Below are positions 16,069-24,795 of a DNA stretch of 64,000 nucleotides, in pieces. The DNA comes from Ignavibacteriales bacterium. GTDB taxonomy: Bacteria; Bacteroidota; Ignavibacteria; Ignavibacteriales; Ignavibacteriaceae. Numbering within the stretch: position 1 is the first letter of the stretch; every line of letters begins with the position of its first letter. Made by a program: the position numbers and the translations under genes. The stretch is from the NCBI GenBank assembly GCA_020061465.1, contig JAGUYG010000022.1, positions 19,135 through 83,134 on the forward strand, written 5' to 3'. The notes beneath the pieces were generated by a model, which saw only the letters and a list, made by a program, of their open reading frames with translations, was not told the origin of the DNA and made no database searches.

Positions 16069-18916
16069 AAATAACCGATTAAGTTTTTTTGCAGAATATA
16101 AACGGTACTGCAATTTTATTATTTTGTTAATCCTTTTATACATGCAATCAACTGCTTTAGCGCAGGTAACTGTTCAGATTCAACAGCCACCTCCCTTCCA
16201 ATTCAAGCTTGAAAATATGTGGAAGGTTACTTTAATAAATCACACGACCGAAACTTACACCGTCTATTTGCACGCCTCTGCAACTGAGCTATCTCAAGGA
16301 GAAATTGTTGAGGGAACAACAGCAGTATTTTCACTGCCGCCGGGAGTAAAAGTTGTAAATACACGGGAGCTTGTGCCGATGGATATTAAAGTTATCAATG
16401 ATAAGTATGCCGATATAATAAAAAATCTTAATGCCGTTCCATCGGGTGAATATGAAATATGCGTCGCCGTAATTGATGCTGCAACCGGCGCAACCCTTGG
16501 TTACCAGTGTTTACAAACTCAATCGCAGAACATTTCAAAAATTGAACTGCTTGCACCGGAAGACAATTCCTTAATTGAAGGCGGTAAAGTTTTGACGGAA
16601 ATACAATCATCCCAAGAAGATATGCAGGAAAATATACAAATCGTTAATGGCTCTTACATAGTATTTAGCTGGCTTCCACCCCCGCCTATTATTCCGGCGC
16701 AGCAGGTAACCTATTCCATAAAGATTACGGAAATATTAGGACTGCAATCTTCTTATGACGCTCTCCAATCAAATCCGGCATTTTATAAACAAGACGATCT
16801 TTACACAACTATTTTTCAATTTCCCTCTGTTGCACGGGAGTTTTCACCCGGCAAACGTTATGCGTGGCAGGTAAGCGCTTATATAAATAAAGTACTGGTT
16901 TCCAACAGTGAAGTAAGAGATTTTTCGTTCGGAAAATATGAGGCAGCTTTAACACAAAAAGTACCCAAAAATAAAAGCGGTTCTAAAGTTGGGCTTCTTC
17001 AATCGGAATGGCTGCCCACCGGTTTAAGCGAAGGCTACAATAAATATTTTTATCCAAACAACACCGACGAGAATTCGCAAAGCGATATTGTTTTTTCAGG
17101 CTCGGCTAAATTAGAAACGCAAACTGCACACAGACAGGGATATAAATCTGAAATACCTGAAAGATTTACAAACCTGGAGCTTTATCCTGTCCTTTCTATT
17201 TTCGGAATACCTTTCTCGTCTAATGTTCTGCTTTCCACACAGCAGGAAGCTGCAAAACAGAGCTTGAACAGTTTCGGGCTTAACTTTGATTTTGAAAAAC
17301 TTAAAGGAGATTTACAGCAGAGACTTTCCGATAAAGCCAGTGAACGGATTAATTCCGAACTGGCTGAAATGAAAAAAGATCTTGAAAACAAAACCGCTTT
17401 AAAAGATAAGATTCAGCAGCTCGATGCTTTAGGAAATTTAAACACGAGTGAAATAGATTCATTAAAAAATCAATTGGCTTTACTTGAAGAAGCTACCGGG
17501 TCAATTGATGAAATGAATTCCCAAATTGAAAATCTTCAAAACCCGGAGAATTTTAAGCAGAACCTTGAAAGATTTAACCTAATATCCGGTTCCGAAAAAT
17601 TTTTAATGACTCTGAAGACTTTTGGAATAGGTACAACTTATCCTAGCTACACACCTCACACACTAAACGGTGTGCCGGTAAGCGGTTTAAACATTGAAGT
17701 GACACCTGCTTTCCTCTACCTTGCCTTCTCGGGAACTTTGAATCAAAGAGGTGTAAATAATTCCGCTTACAGACGCAATTTATTTGCCGGACGAATAGGA
17801 GCGGGTGCAAAAGAAGAGAGTCATATTCATATTACAGGCTTATATGTAAAGGATGATGAGTTCTCCATAAACACAGATACTACAAATTTAACATTAACTC
17901 CAAAAGCAAATTATTTATTCGGACTTGAGGGGAAGCTAAGATTTTTTAACAATCAATTAATTATCGAAGGTGAAACCGTTGGTTCAGTGTTGACTAGAGA
18001 TGTACGTGAAGCCGATTTGGAAAGCGACGCTATTCCGCCTTTTGTAAGAAAGCTCGTACAGCCGAAGATAAGCAGCTCTTTCGATTTTATGTATGCAGCT
18101 AAAACATCATACAACCTTGATGAGACCGGTACTAAAGTTTCTTTTGGAATAAAGATGATCGGACCCGGTTTCACTTCTTTAGGTGTCCCTAATCTTAATA
18201 CCGATTTTTTTGGTTATGAAGGAAAGATTGATCAAAAACTATTCAAAAGGAAAATATCACTCGTTACATCATTTAAATCCAACAGAGATAATCTTATTGA
18301 TTGGAAAGCTTATACAACTACTACAACTTCATTTAATGTAAACCTCGGTTTAAGATTTCCGAACCTCCCAGTATTAAATCTTACATACTCTCCTTTTTTC
18401 CAAAAAAACAACAACTTAGATACTCTTCAAAAAATAGATAGCAGAACGGCTATGTATTCTGTAATGTCTTCTTACAGCTACAAGGTTTTAGAATTTCAAA
18501 GCTCGACGAATATTGTATTCTCTCTGCAGGAAACAAAAACACTTGCACGAATAACCGACTTCAGAACCACCAGCTTTATGTTTACTCAAACGGCGTCCTT
18601 CGATCTTCCGGTTACATTTGCGGCAAGCTTAGGTATAATTCAACTAAAGCCTTACGGTGCCTATAGTAGGATAAACACTTTCGATTTCAGCGCTTCATTT
18701 CCTGTCTTTGAAATAATACAGGGCGTAATCGGGTTTAGAAACGCAATTGAAAAAGATAAAAACAAAAAATTCGGATTATACTTCGGATCATCAGTTACTT
18801 TGTTAGATAATTATGTTTTTGACTTTAGAGCAGAAAGTTCCACATACAGTGAGTGGGATTTTTTAACTGAATATTCAGATATTATTCTGAGAGCCACGCT
18901 CCAGGCTACTTGGTAA
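16058..18916 (+). CDS. 952-aa protein: signal peptide, divergent copy of modules A+B, coiled coil, predicted C-terminal outer-membrane beta-barrel
   Basis: IQQPPPFQF...PSGEYEICVAV (module A). FSWLPPPP...YSIKITEILGLQSSYDAL...FQFP...GKRYAWQV (module B). A heptad-rich stretch spans aa ~417-505. The last ~430 aa show amphipathic alternating strands and end ...ILRATLQATW, with an aromatic terminal residue typical of OMPs. It overlaps the upstream gene by 11 nt. Confidence 0.8.
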   Translation: MSNKNNRLSFFAEYKRYCNFIILLILLYMQSTALAQVTVQIQQPPPFQFKLENMWKVTLINHTTETYTVYLHASATELSQGEIVEGTTAVFSLPPGVKVVNTRELVPMDIKVINDKYADIIKNLNAVPSGEYEICVAVIDAATGATLGYQCLQTQSQNISKIELLAPEDNSLIEGGKVLTEIQSSQEDMQENIQIVNGSYIVFSWLPPPPIIPAQQVTYSIKITEILGLQSSYDALQSNPAFYKQDDLYTTIFQFPSVAREFSPGKRYAWQVSAYINKVLVSNSEVRDFSFGKYEAALTQKVPKNKSGSKVGLLQSEWLPTGLSEGYNKYFYPNNTDENSQSDIVFSGSAKLETQTAHRQGYKSEIPERFTNLELYPVLSIFGIPFSSNVLLSTQQEAAKQSLNSFGLNFDFEKLKGDLQQRLSDKASERINSELAEMKKDLENKTALKDKIQQLDALGNLNTSEIDSLKNQLALLEEATGSIDEMNSQIENLQNPENFKQNLERFNLISGSEKFLMTLKTFGIGTTYPSYTPHTLNGVPVSGLNIEVTPAFLYLAFSGTLNQRGVNNSAYRRNLFAGRIGAGAKEESHIHITGLYVKDDEFSINTDTTNLTLTPKANYLFGLEGKLRFFNNQLIIEGETVGSVLTRDVREADLESDAIPPFVRKLVQPKISSSFDFMYAAKTSYNLDETGTKVSFGIKMIGPGFTSLGVPNLNTDFFGYEGKIDQKLFKRKISLVTSFKSNRDNLIDWKAYTTTTTSFNVNLGLRFPNLPVLNLTYSPFFQKNNNLDTLQKIDSRTAMYSVMSSYSYKVLEFQSSTNIVFSLQETKTLARITDFRTTSFMFTQTASFDLPVTFAASLGIIQLKPYGAYSRINTFDFSASFPVFEIIQGVIGFRNAIEKDKNKKFGLYFGSSVTLLDNYVFDFRAESSTYSEWDFLTEYSDIILRATLQATW

Positions 18917-18948
18917 AATTTTAATTTAATATAAAAATAGGAAAAGCT

Positions 18949-20586
18949 ATGAAAAAACCAGCTTACTTTTTATCCATACTGTTATTCCTGTCATTGATAG
19001 GAATAAAATCTGTTGAAGCTCAGGTACAGGTTAAGCTGCAGCAGCCCCCGCCTAACCAGCTTCATGCAACCGATATCTGGAATCTTACACTTACTAATAC
19101 AACCGGTAAAACTTTAACGGTTATAATATCAGGAAAACTTGAGGAAGCCGGTGAGGGAATAGTAGTGGATGGAACTTCCAAGCCTTTTAGTTTGCCTCCT
19201 GGAACAAAAAGAATAACTTATGACGATGTAAAATCGGGAAGCGTAAATTTTAAATCCGGTAAGTGGAGAGAAGCATTTACCCGTACCGGCAACGCTCCTT
19301 CAGGTGATTACACAATTTGTATTTACGTAAAAAGTGAAGAAGGCGAAGAGCTTGGCAGCGACTGTATTGAGCAGAAAGTTGAAATTACCGGTGCGCCCCA
19401 ATTAGTCTTTCCCGCCGATGGTGATGAAATACTACCCGGCACATTACCAACATTTACATGGCTGCCGCCAATGCCAACCCCGCAAGGTGCGGAATATACA
19501 TTAAAAATTGTAGAGATAATCGGAAATCAATCTCCAGAAGCGGCAATGAACATGAATAAAGCTTTTTTTGAGAGAAAAGGAATTAAAACGACGATGTTTC
19601 AGTATCCGGGAAGTGAAAAGAAATTTGAGGAGGGAAGGAAATATGCATGGGTAATCAGCACCGGAGAATTAAAAAGTGAAATATTTAGTTTCAGCATGAG
19701 TTCCGCATCCTGTGGAACTATAGTAGATTCAATTAAAGTTGAGTGTATGGGGTGGGATGAAAATACAGGACTGCCGCAGTATTTGGTTACTATATTATTA
19801 ACAAATATACCCACAAGTCCTACTTATGGGTGTAATGCAACATATACTTCCATTGCAACACTACCCGCCAATACAGGAACGATTACAGGTATTAACACAA
19901 TTCCGCTAACAATAACGCCAAATAATTCTGGCTCAATCCAGTTTACATATTCTCCTCCTAACTTAAGTACCACCTCTGTAACATTTGGGGTATTTGGAAC
20001 CTGGGCTGATGATATGAACAATACAGTAAATCTCTCAACAGTTATTGATACCCTACCAAGTTGCCTGTGTAATGATTGCGATAGCGCTTCATTGTCTGCG
20101 GAACAAGTGGCTGTGTCTAATGTTTCCGGAAACCCAAACCAATACAATATTTCAGGAAGTTTGGCAATTAACGGATTGCCTGCAAATATTCAGGTGATAG
20201 AAATACAAGTTAAAAGTTTCAGTTTTACAAGTGTCCCGGTCAGTTGCAGCAATGGCATACAGCAAATTGAACATTCCGGTGTTATGATAAATCCCTCTAC
20301 AACTATCAATAGCGTAGTACCGGTTTTCCAAAATGTAATGGTGCCAAACAATTACAATGCATCAAAAGATATAAAATGGATTGTAGGTGGTTCAGGTTTA
20401 ACGCAGCCGGCTTCCATTCCCTTTAACCTTACATTAGGTGTTCCTGCACCGCTGCCAGGTCTGCCTGCAGATTGCTGTACGATGGATTATACAGTTTGCT
20501 TTAAAGTAATCGTGTATTATGGCTCATCTCCCGATGTGTGCCGCTATTGCGAATTTTACTTTTGCAAAACATTTTCTAACAATTAA
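18949..20586 (+). CDS. 545-aa exported protein: close copy of modules A+B plus a Cys-rich C-terminal region
   Basis: LQQPPPNQLHATDIWNLTLTNTT...PSGDYTICIYV and FTWLPPMP...YTLKIVEIIGNQSPEAAM...GRKYAWVI are very close to the N-terminus of 9029-13885. The tail is CCTMDYTVCFKVIVYYGSSPDVCRYCEFYFC. Confidence 0.85.
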   Translation: MKKPAYFLSILLFLSLIGIKSVEAQVQVKLQQPPPNQLHATDIWNLTLTNTTGKTLTVIISGKLEEAGEGIVVDGTSKPFSLPPGTKRITYDDVKSGSVNFKSGKWREAFTRTGNAPSGDYTICIYVKSEEGEELGSDCIEQKVEITGAPQLVFPADGDEILPGTLPTFTWLPPMPTPQGAEYTLKIVEIIGNQSPEAAMNMNKAFFERKGIKTTMFQYPGSEKKFEEGRKYAWVISTGELKSEIFSFSMSSASCGTIVDSIKVECMGWDENTGLPQYLVTILLTNIPTSPTYGCNATYTSIATLPANTGTITGINTIPLTITPNNSGSIQFTYSPPNLSTTSVTFGVFGTWADDMNNTVNLSTVIDTLPSCLCNDCDSASLSAEQVAVSNVSGNPNQYNISGSLAINGLPANIQVIEIQVKSFSFTSVPVSCSNGIQQIEHSGVMINPSTTINSVVPVFQNVMVPNNYNASKDIKWIVGGSGLTQPASIPFNLTLGVPAPLPGLPADCCTMDYTVCFKVIVYYGSSPDVCRYCEFYFCKTFSNN

Positions 20587-20602
20587 CCCAAACAGGTGAT
20601 GT

Positions 20603-23548
20603 ATGAAATCTATTAAATATAAAATCGGAATTTGGCTCACAATAATTGCTGCATTTATGTTTGTTCAGCGGGGCGTGAGCCAAACAACGGCTACCTGTCA
20701 ATTATTAGGAACACCTTCAAGTGAAGTAAGCGTTGCTTTGCCATCCGTTAATATTCTAACAGGGCTTGATTTCAATCTCGCTATTTCCGTTCCAGGCATA
20801 AATTGCGATGACTATACTGTTAAAATTGTAACTTCCGGCAATCTGCAATTATCTGCTGCTAGTTCCAGTTATCCAATTGTTTTTACTGCTACAGGTGTTA
20901 ATCAATATGAAAACGTAACTGTTTTGCCGTCGACATCTGGTTTAAATTTTGCTGTTCCATTTAAGTTTAAACCAGGTGTTACCTGTAATGGTGAGACCGG
21001 CACTTTTAATATAACAATAAATACAAGTTGTAGTGGTGAAGCCAAAGAATGTAAACTGAATGTATCTATAAAAGCTATTGCCCAAAATTACTGGGAGGTA
21101 AAAAAAGAGCATATTTGGGGAAATCTTTCAGGGGGTTCCGTTTTATGGAAAATAACGTTATACCAACTACCTCACCAGTTAGGTATCGGAGATTATAATA
21201 TATATAGCGGCACTCTTACCGATGTTTTGTCAAGTGGTCAAATTCAATCGGTATCGCCGGGTCTGGCTTCCGGCATTGGCACTTCTACTGCAATCTGGAA
21301 TACGGGTACCATATTAAGCACTGTGCCATACGTCGAATATTATGTTTATACAACAAGTTGTGATTCTGCTGGTACGGTGGTGGAGAACTGCGTGAAATAT
21401 AACTTTTGCCTGGCTAAACCTAAAAAGATTGATGATAAAGTGCCAATTGATAAGCCCGATAAAAAAGCAATGGAGGAATTGCAGCAGAAAGAGAAAAAAA
21501 TTGGACCTGTTCCGGTTTTACTCTGCTGTGCATCAATTAAGGGTGAAGAATGCGCACAGGTAACACTAACAGGTATCCCAAGTGCAAATACAAATTTTGC
21601 TAAATATCTTACTTATGGTACAAACCTTAACTATGCACAAGGTTGTGAAGGAGAATACCTAATTCAAATTTCAAACAGCGGTAATATTCCGCTTGATAAT
21701 CTCGTATTGACAGATCAAATACCTCCTGGCATCACAGTAACTAGCGTGACAGTGTATAGTTCAGGTGGGGTTAATATGGCTTATACCACAACCAATCCTA
21801 CAGGTACTGGTAATACCTTAAATTACCAGCCGTTTACTGGAATATTGATAAATAATCCGGACGTTTTTACTTTTTCAACTACATCAGGACAATTATTAGG
21901 TGGAACTATATTCATCAGAATACGTTTTACCATTAACGCAGTAGCTGGTACACCGGTAAACAATTGTGCAAACCTTACGTACGATGGCACTTACACCGGT
22001 TGGGCGAATATCTGCAATATCCCGATTCCGCCTGTACCTCCATCAGGAACCATTCAGAGTTGTGCACCATTTACGGTAGAACCACCGAAAGCCATACCTG
22101 GCTTAAAGAAGTGTATTACGAGCGGGATCCAGACTTATAACATTGGCGATTGCATACCATTCCGAATTGTAGTGAGCAATCATGGACAATCAACTCTAAA
22201 TGGTTATACGTTAAGCGATGTTTTATCCAGTCCACAATTTCTGGAAATATGCGGACCTGTTACTTATGGACACGGAGTTTCAGCATTTACACCCAATTAT
22301 ACCGGCTGTATTGATGGAAATAGTTTGTCGACCCCAATGTCTACCATTCCTCCCGGTTGGATAAATCCAATTAATACAAACGTTGGTTCTCAAAATCCAA
22401 GTTGGAACATAACAGGTATGCCTGGTGAATGCAGCCTTGACAAAGCCTATTATTTAGTAATTGAGGTTACTGCTAAAGTGAGACCTACTACTTGGGGAAA
22501 TTATACAAACACAGCGGTCCTTACCGATGGGATTACTACACTTTCAAGTGCTGCACCTTATAATATTGTAAGGTTAGGAAAACTGGATATAGATAAAAAA
22601 GTAAATAGTGGTCCGGGAACATCTTTTGGAACATTAGGTTACGTAGACCCGGGTCAGCCTTTTGCTTTTCAGCTTATAGTAACTAATAACGGAAGTGTTA
22701 GATTAAACAATATTGATGTTACTGATAATCTTCCGCCTTGTGTTACGTTTAACAATGCTTCAGGAATAGTGTATAGAAATAATGGAACAACTTCTGCTGT
22801 TGCGGTTGGTGCACCTCCGGGATTAAACTTGACACCCTCTGTCGATTTAGAACCCGGTGAATATATAGTTATTACTATAAATGTTACGCGCAATGCTAAT
22901 GACAACGGTGTTGAATGCTGCGATCCGACAGCTTTCGTTATGGGCGTAGCAGCAGACAACAATATGAATGTTTATTCAAACTCAGGAAAGGCTTGTGTCG
23001 TAAGAACGCTATGCTGCGATATGGAAAACTCTGAAATAACATTAACCGCTGCACTTATACAGGTGTTTGGTGTGCAGTATGTTAATCTAAATCTTGGAAT
23101 AACAGCAGGCAATCTTCCTATACAAGAAGTGAGTGTTTCATTGGTTGATTATCATATTGCTTACGATAATCCTAATTGTAAGCCGGCTGATATAGGTATG
23201 CTCACAGGTCATATTTCTTCTACCACCAGTTTACTAGCAGGTGGATTGTTGTTGGCTACACCAAACACACCGGTGAATAATTCTCTTACTTGGCAACCGG
23301 GAACACCTGTAGATCTGAGCGGCGGTACTACAGTTAATATTAGACTATGGAGACCATGGATATTAAATATTCCGTGTTGTAGCGGAACTATTAATTACTG
23401 TTTTAAAGTAATAATAAAAGATGTGGACTGCAGGGTTTGTGAAAAAATAGTTTGTCTTCAATCTCCATTACCAAAACCACCTAAGAAAATTAAAGAAGAC
23501 ATGAAGGAAATATTTGAAAAAAGCACTTTAGAACAAGATGAAAAGTGA
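20603..23548 (+). CDS. 981-aa exported protein with DUF11-like repeats and the same Cys-rich tail motif
   Basis: Signal peptide MKSIKYKIGIWLTIIAAFMFVQRGVSQ. DUF11-type strands: LVLTDQIPPGITVTSVTV, YTLSDVLSSPQFLEI, IDVTDNLPPCVTFNNASG. The tail CCSGTINYCFKVIIKDVDCRVCEKIVC is followed by a K/E/P-rich end. Confidence 0.8.
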   Translation: MKSIKYKIGIWLTIIAAFMFVQRGVSQTTATCQLLGTPSSEVSVALPSVNILTGLDFNLAISVPGINCDDYTVKIVTSGNLQLSAASSSYPIVFTATGVNQYENVTVLPSTSGLNFAVPFKFKPGVTCNGETGTFNITINTSCSGEAKECKLNVSIKAIAQNYWEVKKEHIWGNLSGGSVLWKITLYQLPHQLGIGDYNIYSGTLTDVLSSGQIQSVSPGLASGIGTSTAIWNTGTILSTVPYVEYYVYTTSCDSAGTVVENCVKYNFCLAKPKKIDDKVPIDKPDKKAMEELQQKEKKIGPVPVLLCCASIKGEECAQVTLTGIPSANTNFAKYLTYGTNLNYAQGCEGEYLIQISNSGNIPLDNLVLTDQIPPGITVTSVTVYSSGGVNMAYTTTNPTGTGNTLNYQPFTGILINNPDVFTFSTTSGQLLGGTIFIRIRFTINAVAGTPVNNCANLTYDGTYTGWANICNIPIPPVPPSGTIQSCAPFTVEPPKAIPGLKKCITSGIQTYNIGDCIPFRIVVSNHGQSTLNGYTLSDVLSSPQFLEICGPVTYGHGVSAFTPNYTGCIDGNSLSTPMSTIPPGWINPINTNVGSQNPSWNITGMPGECSLDKAYYLVIEVTAKVRPTTWGNYTNTAVLTDGITTLSSAAPYNIVRLGKLDIDKKVNSGPGTSFGTLGYVDPGQPFAFQLIVTNNGSVRLNNIDVTDNLPPCVTFNNASGIVYRNNGTTSAVAVGAPPGLNLTPSVDLEPGEYIVITINVTRNANDNGVECCDPTAFVMGVAADNNMNVYSNSGKACVVRTLCCDMENSEITLTAALIQVFGVQYVNLNLGITAGNLPIQEVSVSLVDYHIAYDNPNCKPADIGMLTGHISSTTSLLAGGLLLATPNTPVNNSLTWQPGTPVDLSGGTTVNIRLWRPWILNIPCCSGTINYCFKVIIKDVDCRVCEKIVCLQSPLPKPPKKIKEDMKEIFEKSTLEQDEK

Positions 23549-24099
23549 GTAATCGTTGCCAGTTCTTCTTTCTTTTACTGGCACGTTAACGAAATTCATT
23601 TCGAGCGGATTACGATGGTTGCAGGCGCTGAAGCCGCTGTTAAGCTGAAGCAATTATTGAAATGAGATCTCACCCAGGAGATACGAATCGCTTGGGTGTG
23701 CTCTGTTTATGTTGGTGTGTGTCAGCCTCGTATAAGTAACGCAGGATCTTATTTCGCACACCGCTACTGACTAATACTAGACGAGGATTTCGCTAAAACA
23801 TTAGCCGGCAGAGTACTCATTTGGTCTGGGAAAGTTCCTGAAAACTGACGCTCCAAAGACAGCGGGTACCATCGGGAAAGTACGTAGACCAACGATACTC
23901 CCCGTTTAGTAGCAAAAATATGGAAATTGCGTCGAGCGCGTAAAGAAATAAAGTGTAGTATGTCGTCTGTTTTGGAAACTTTGCTTGTATTGGTAGTTAA
24001 GGCTGCAATAAGATTAAATTACTCCAAACAGTCCTCAGCATCCGGTGCGCTTAAAACTTATTTGTAATTTTGAAATAGATGACGGGAAAATAGCTTACA

Positions 24100-24321
24100 T
24101 TGCTTGCGATTCAAATGGTATATCCACAATTTACTTTCAATGTTTATTTACAGGGAACCGCAACTGAATCAACTGAAGGAGAAATAGTAGAGGCAGCTAA
24201 CGGCGTATCAATTCAAGGTGGAGCACAAATGGAAGTTATTGCTTTGCGGTATTCGACGGTGAAAAATTGGAGTCAGATAATGGTGAGCTATCTTTATAAA
24301 TGTGAATACAAATTAAATTAA
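24100..24321 (+). pseudogene. probable relic of another module-A paralogue (no signal peptide, no QQPPP start)
   Basis: FTFNVYLQGTATESTEGEIVEAANGV aligns by eye with TYTVYLHASATELSQGEIVEGTTAV of the 952-aa protein. The fragment is only 73 aa, with stops immediately upstream. Confidence 0.45.
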
Positions 24322-24364
24322 AGAAAGTATGATAGGCGGATTACTTGACTCTCCGCTATATAAT

Positions 24365-24395
24365 AAACCTCAATTAAAGGCTGAGGTTTATTGTT
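24365..24395 (+). terminator. rho-independent-type terminator
   Basis: AAACCTCA-ATTAAAGGC-TGAGGTTT followed by ATTGTT. Confidence 0.55.
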
Positions 24396-24671
24396 AATAC
24401 TATCTATCTAAAATAAAACTCACTACTAAGATGAATACCTTTTAAAAGTTTAGGATGTGAATTAATAAGCTTCATTCATAACTTCACAAACACAGGCAAG
24501 AACGTTTTTCTCTTCACGCATAAAATTTCCTGCCAAATAATTTTGTACACAATTCCCAAAATGTTATTTACAATTTTCAAACATTACTACGTCGAAAGAA
24601 GCATTTAAAACTTGCAGCAATTAGAAAAATTTTGCGTGCGAATAATTATCAGCCAGAATAAGTGTCAAGTT

Positions 24672-24719
24672 TACTCAACCCAAAGATGTAGTTCCTTTTT
24701 CATCCTTTTGTACGATTGA
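24672..24719 (+). promoter_or_regulatory. regulon box copy E (GATGTAG subtype) upstream of response regulator 3 / PP2C phosphatase
   Basis: TACTCAACCCAAAGATGTAGTTCCTTTTTCATCCTTTTGTACGATTGA. Nearly identical to copy A. Confidence 0.6.
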
Positions 24720-24795
24720 TTTTAAAGTTCCATTAGCTGCATTTTTCCATTGGTAATAAAGCATACTTTGCTCGATCCATATAATTGTATTTGAT

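Noticed and set aside
23549-24095. ORF-free block considered as a DGR template repeat, retron msr/msd, or a named RNA family (RNase P, tmRNA, SRP, 6S, group II intron)
   Set aside because: There is no reverse transcriptase in the window. The block shows no visible similarity to the 3' end of the adjacent gene. I could find none of the conserved cores of those RNAs that I can recall. It is kept only as an unclassified candidate in the findings.
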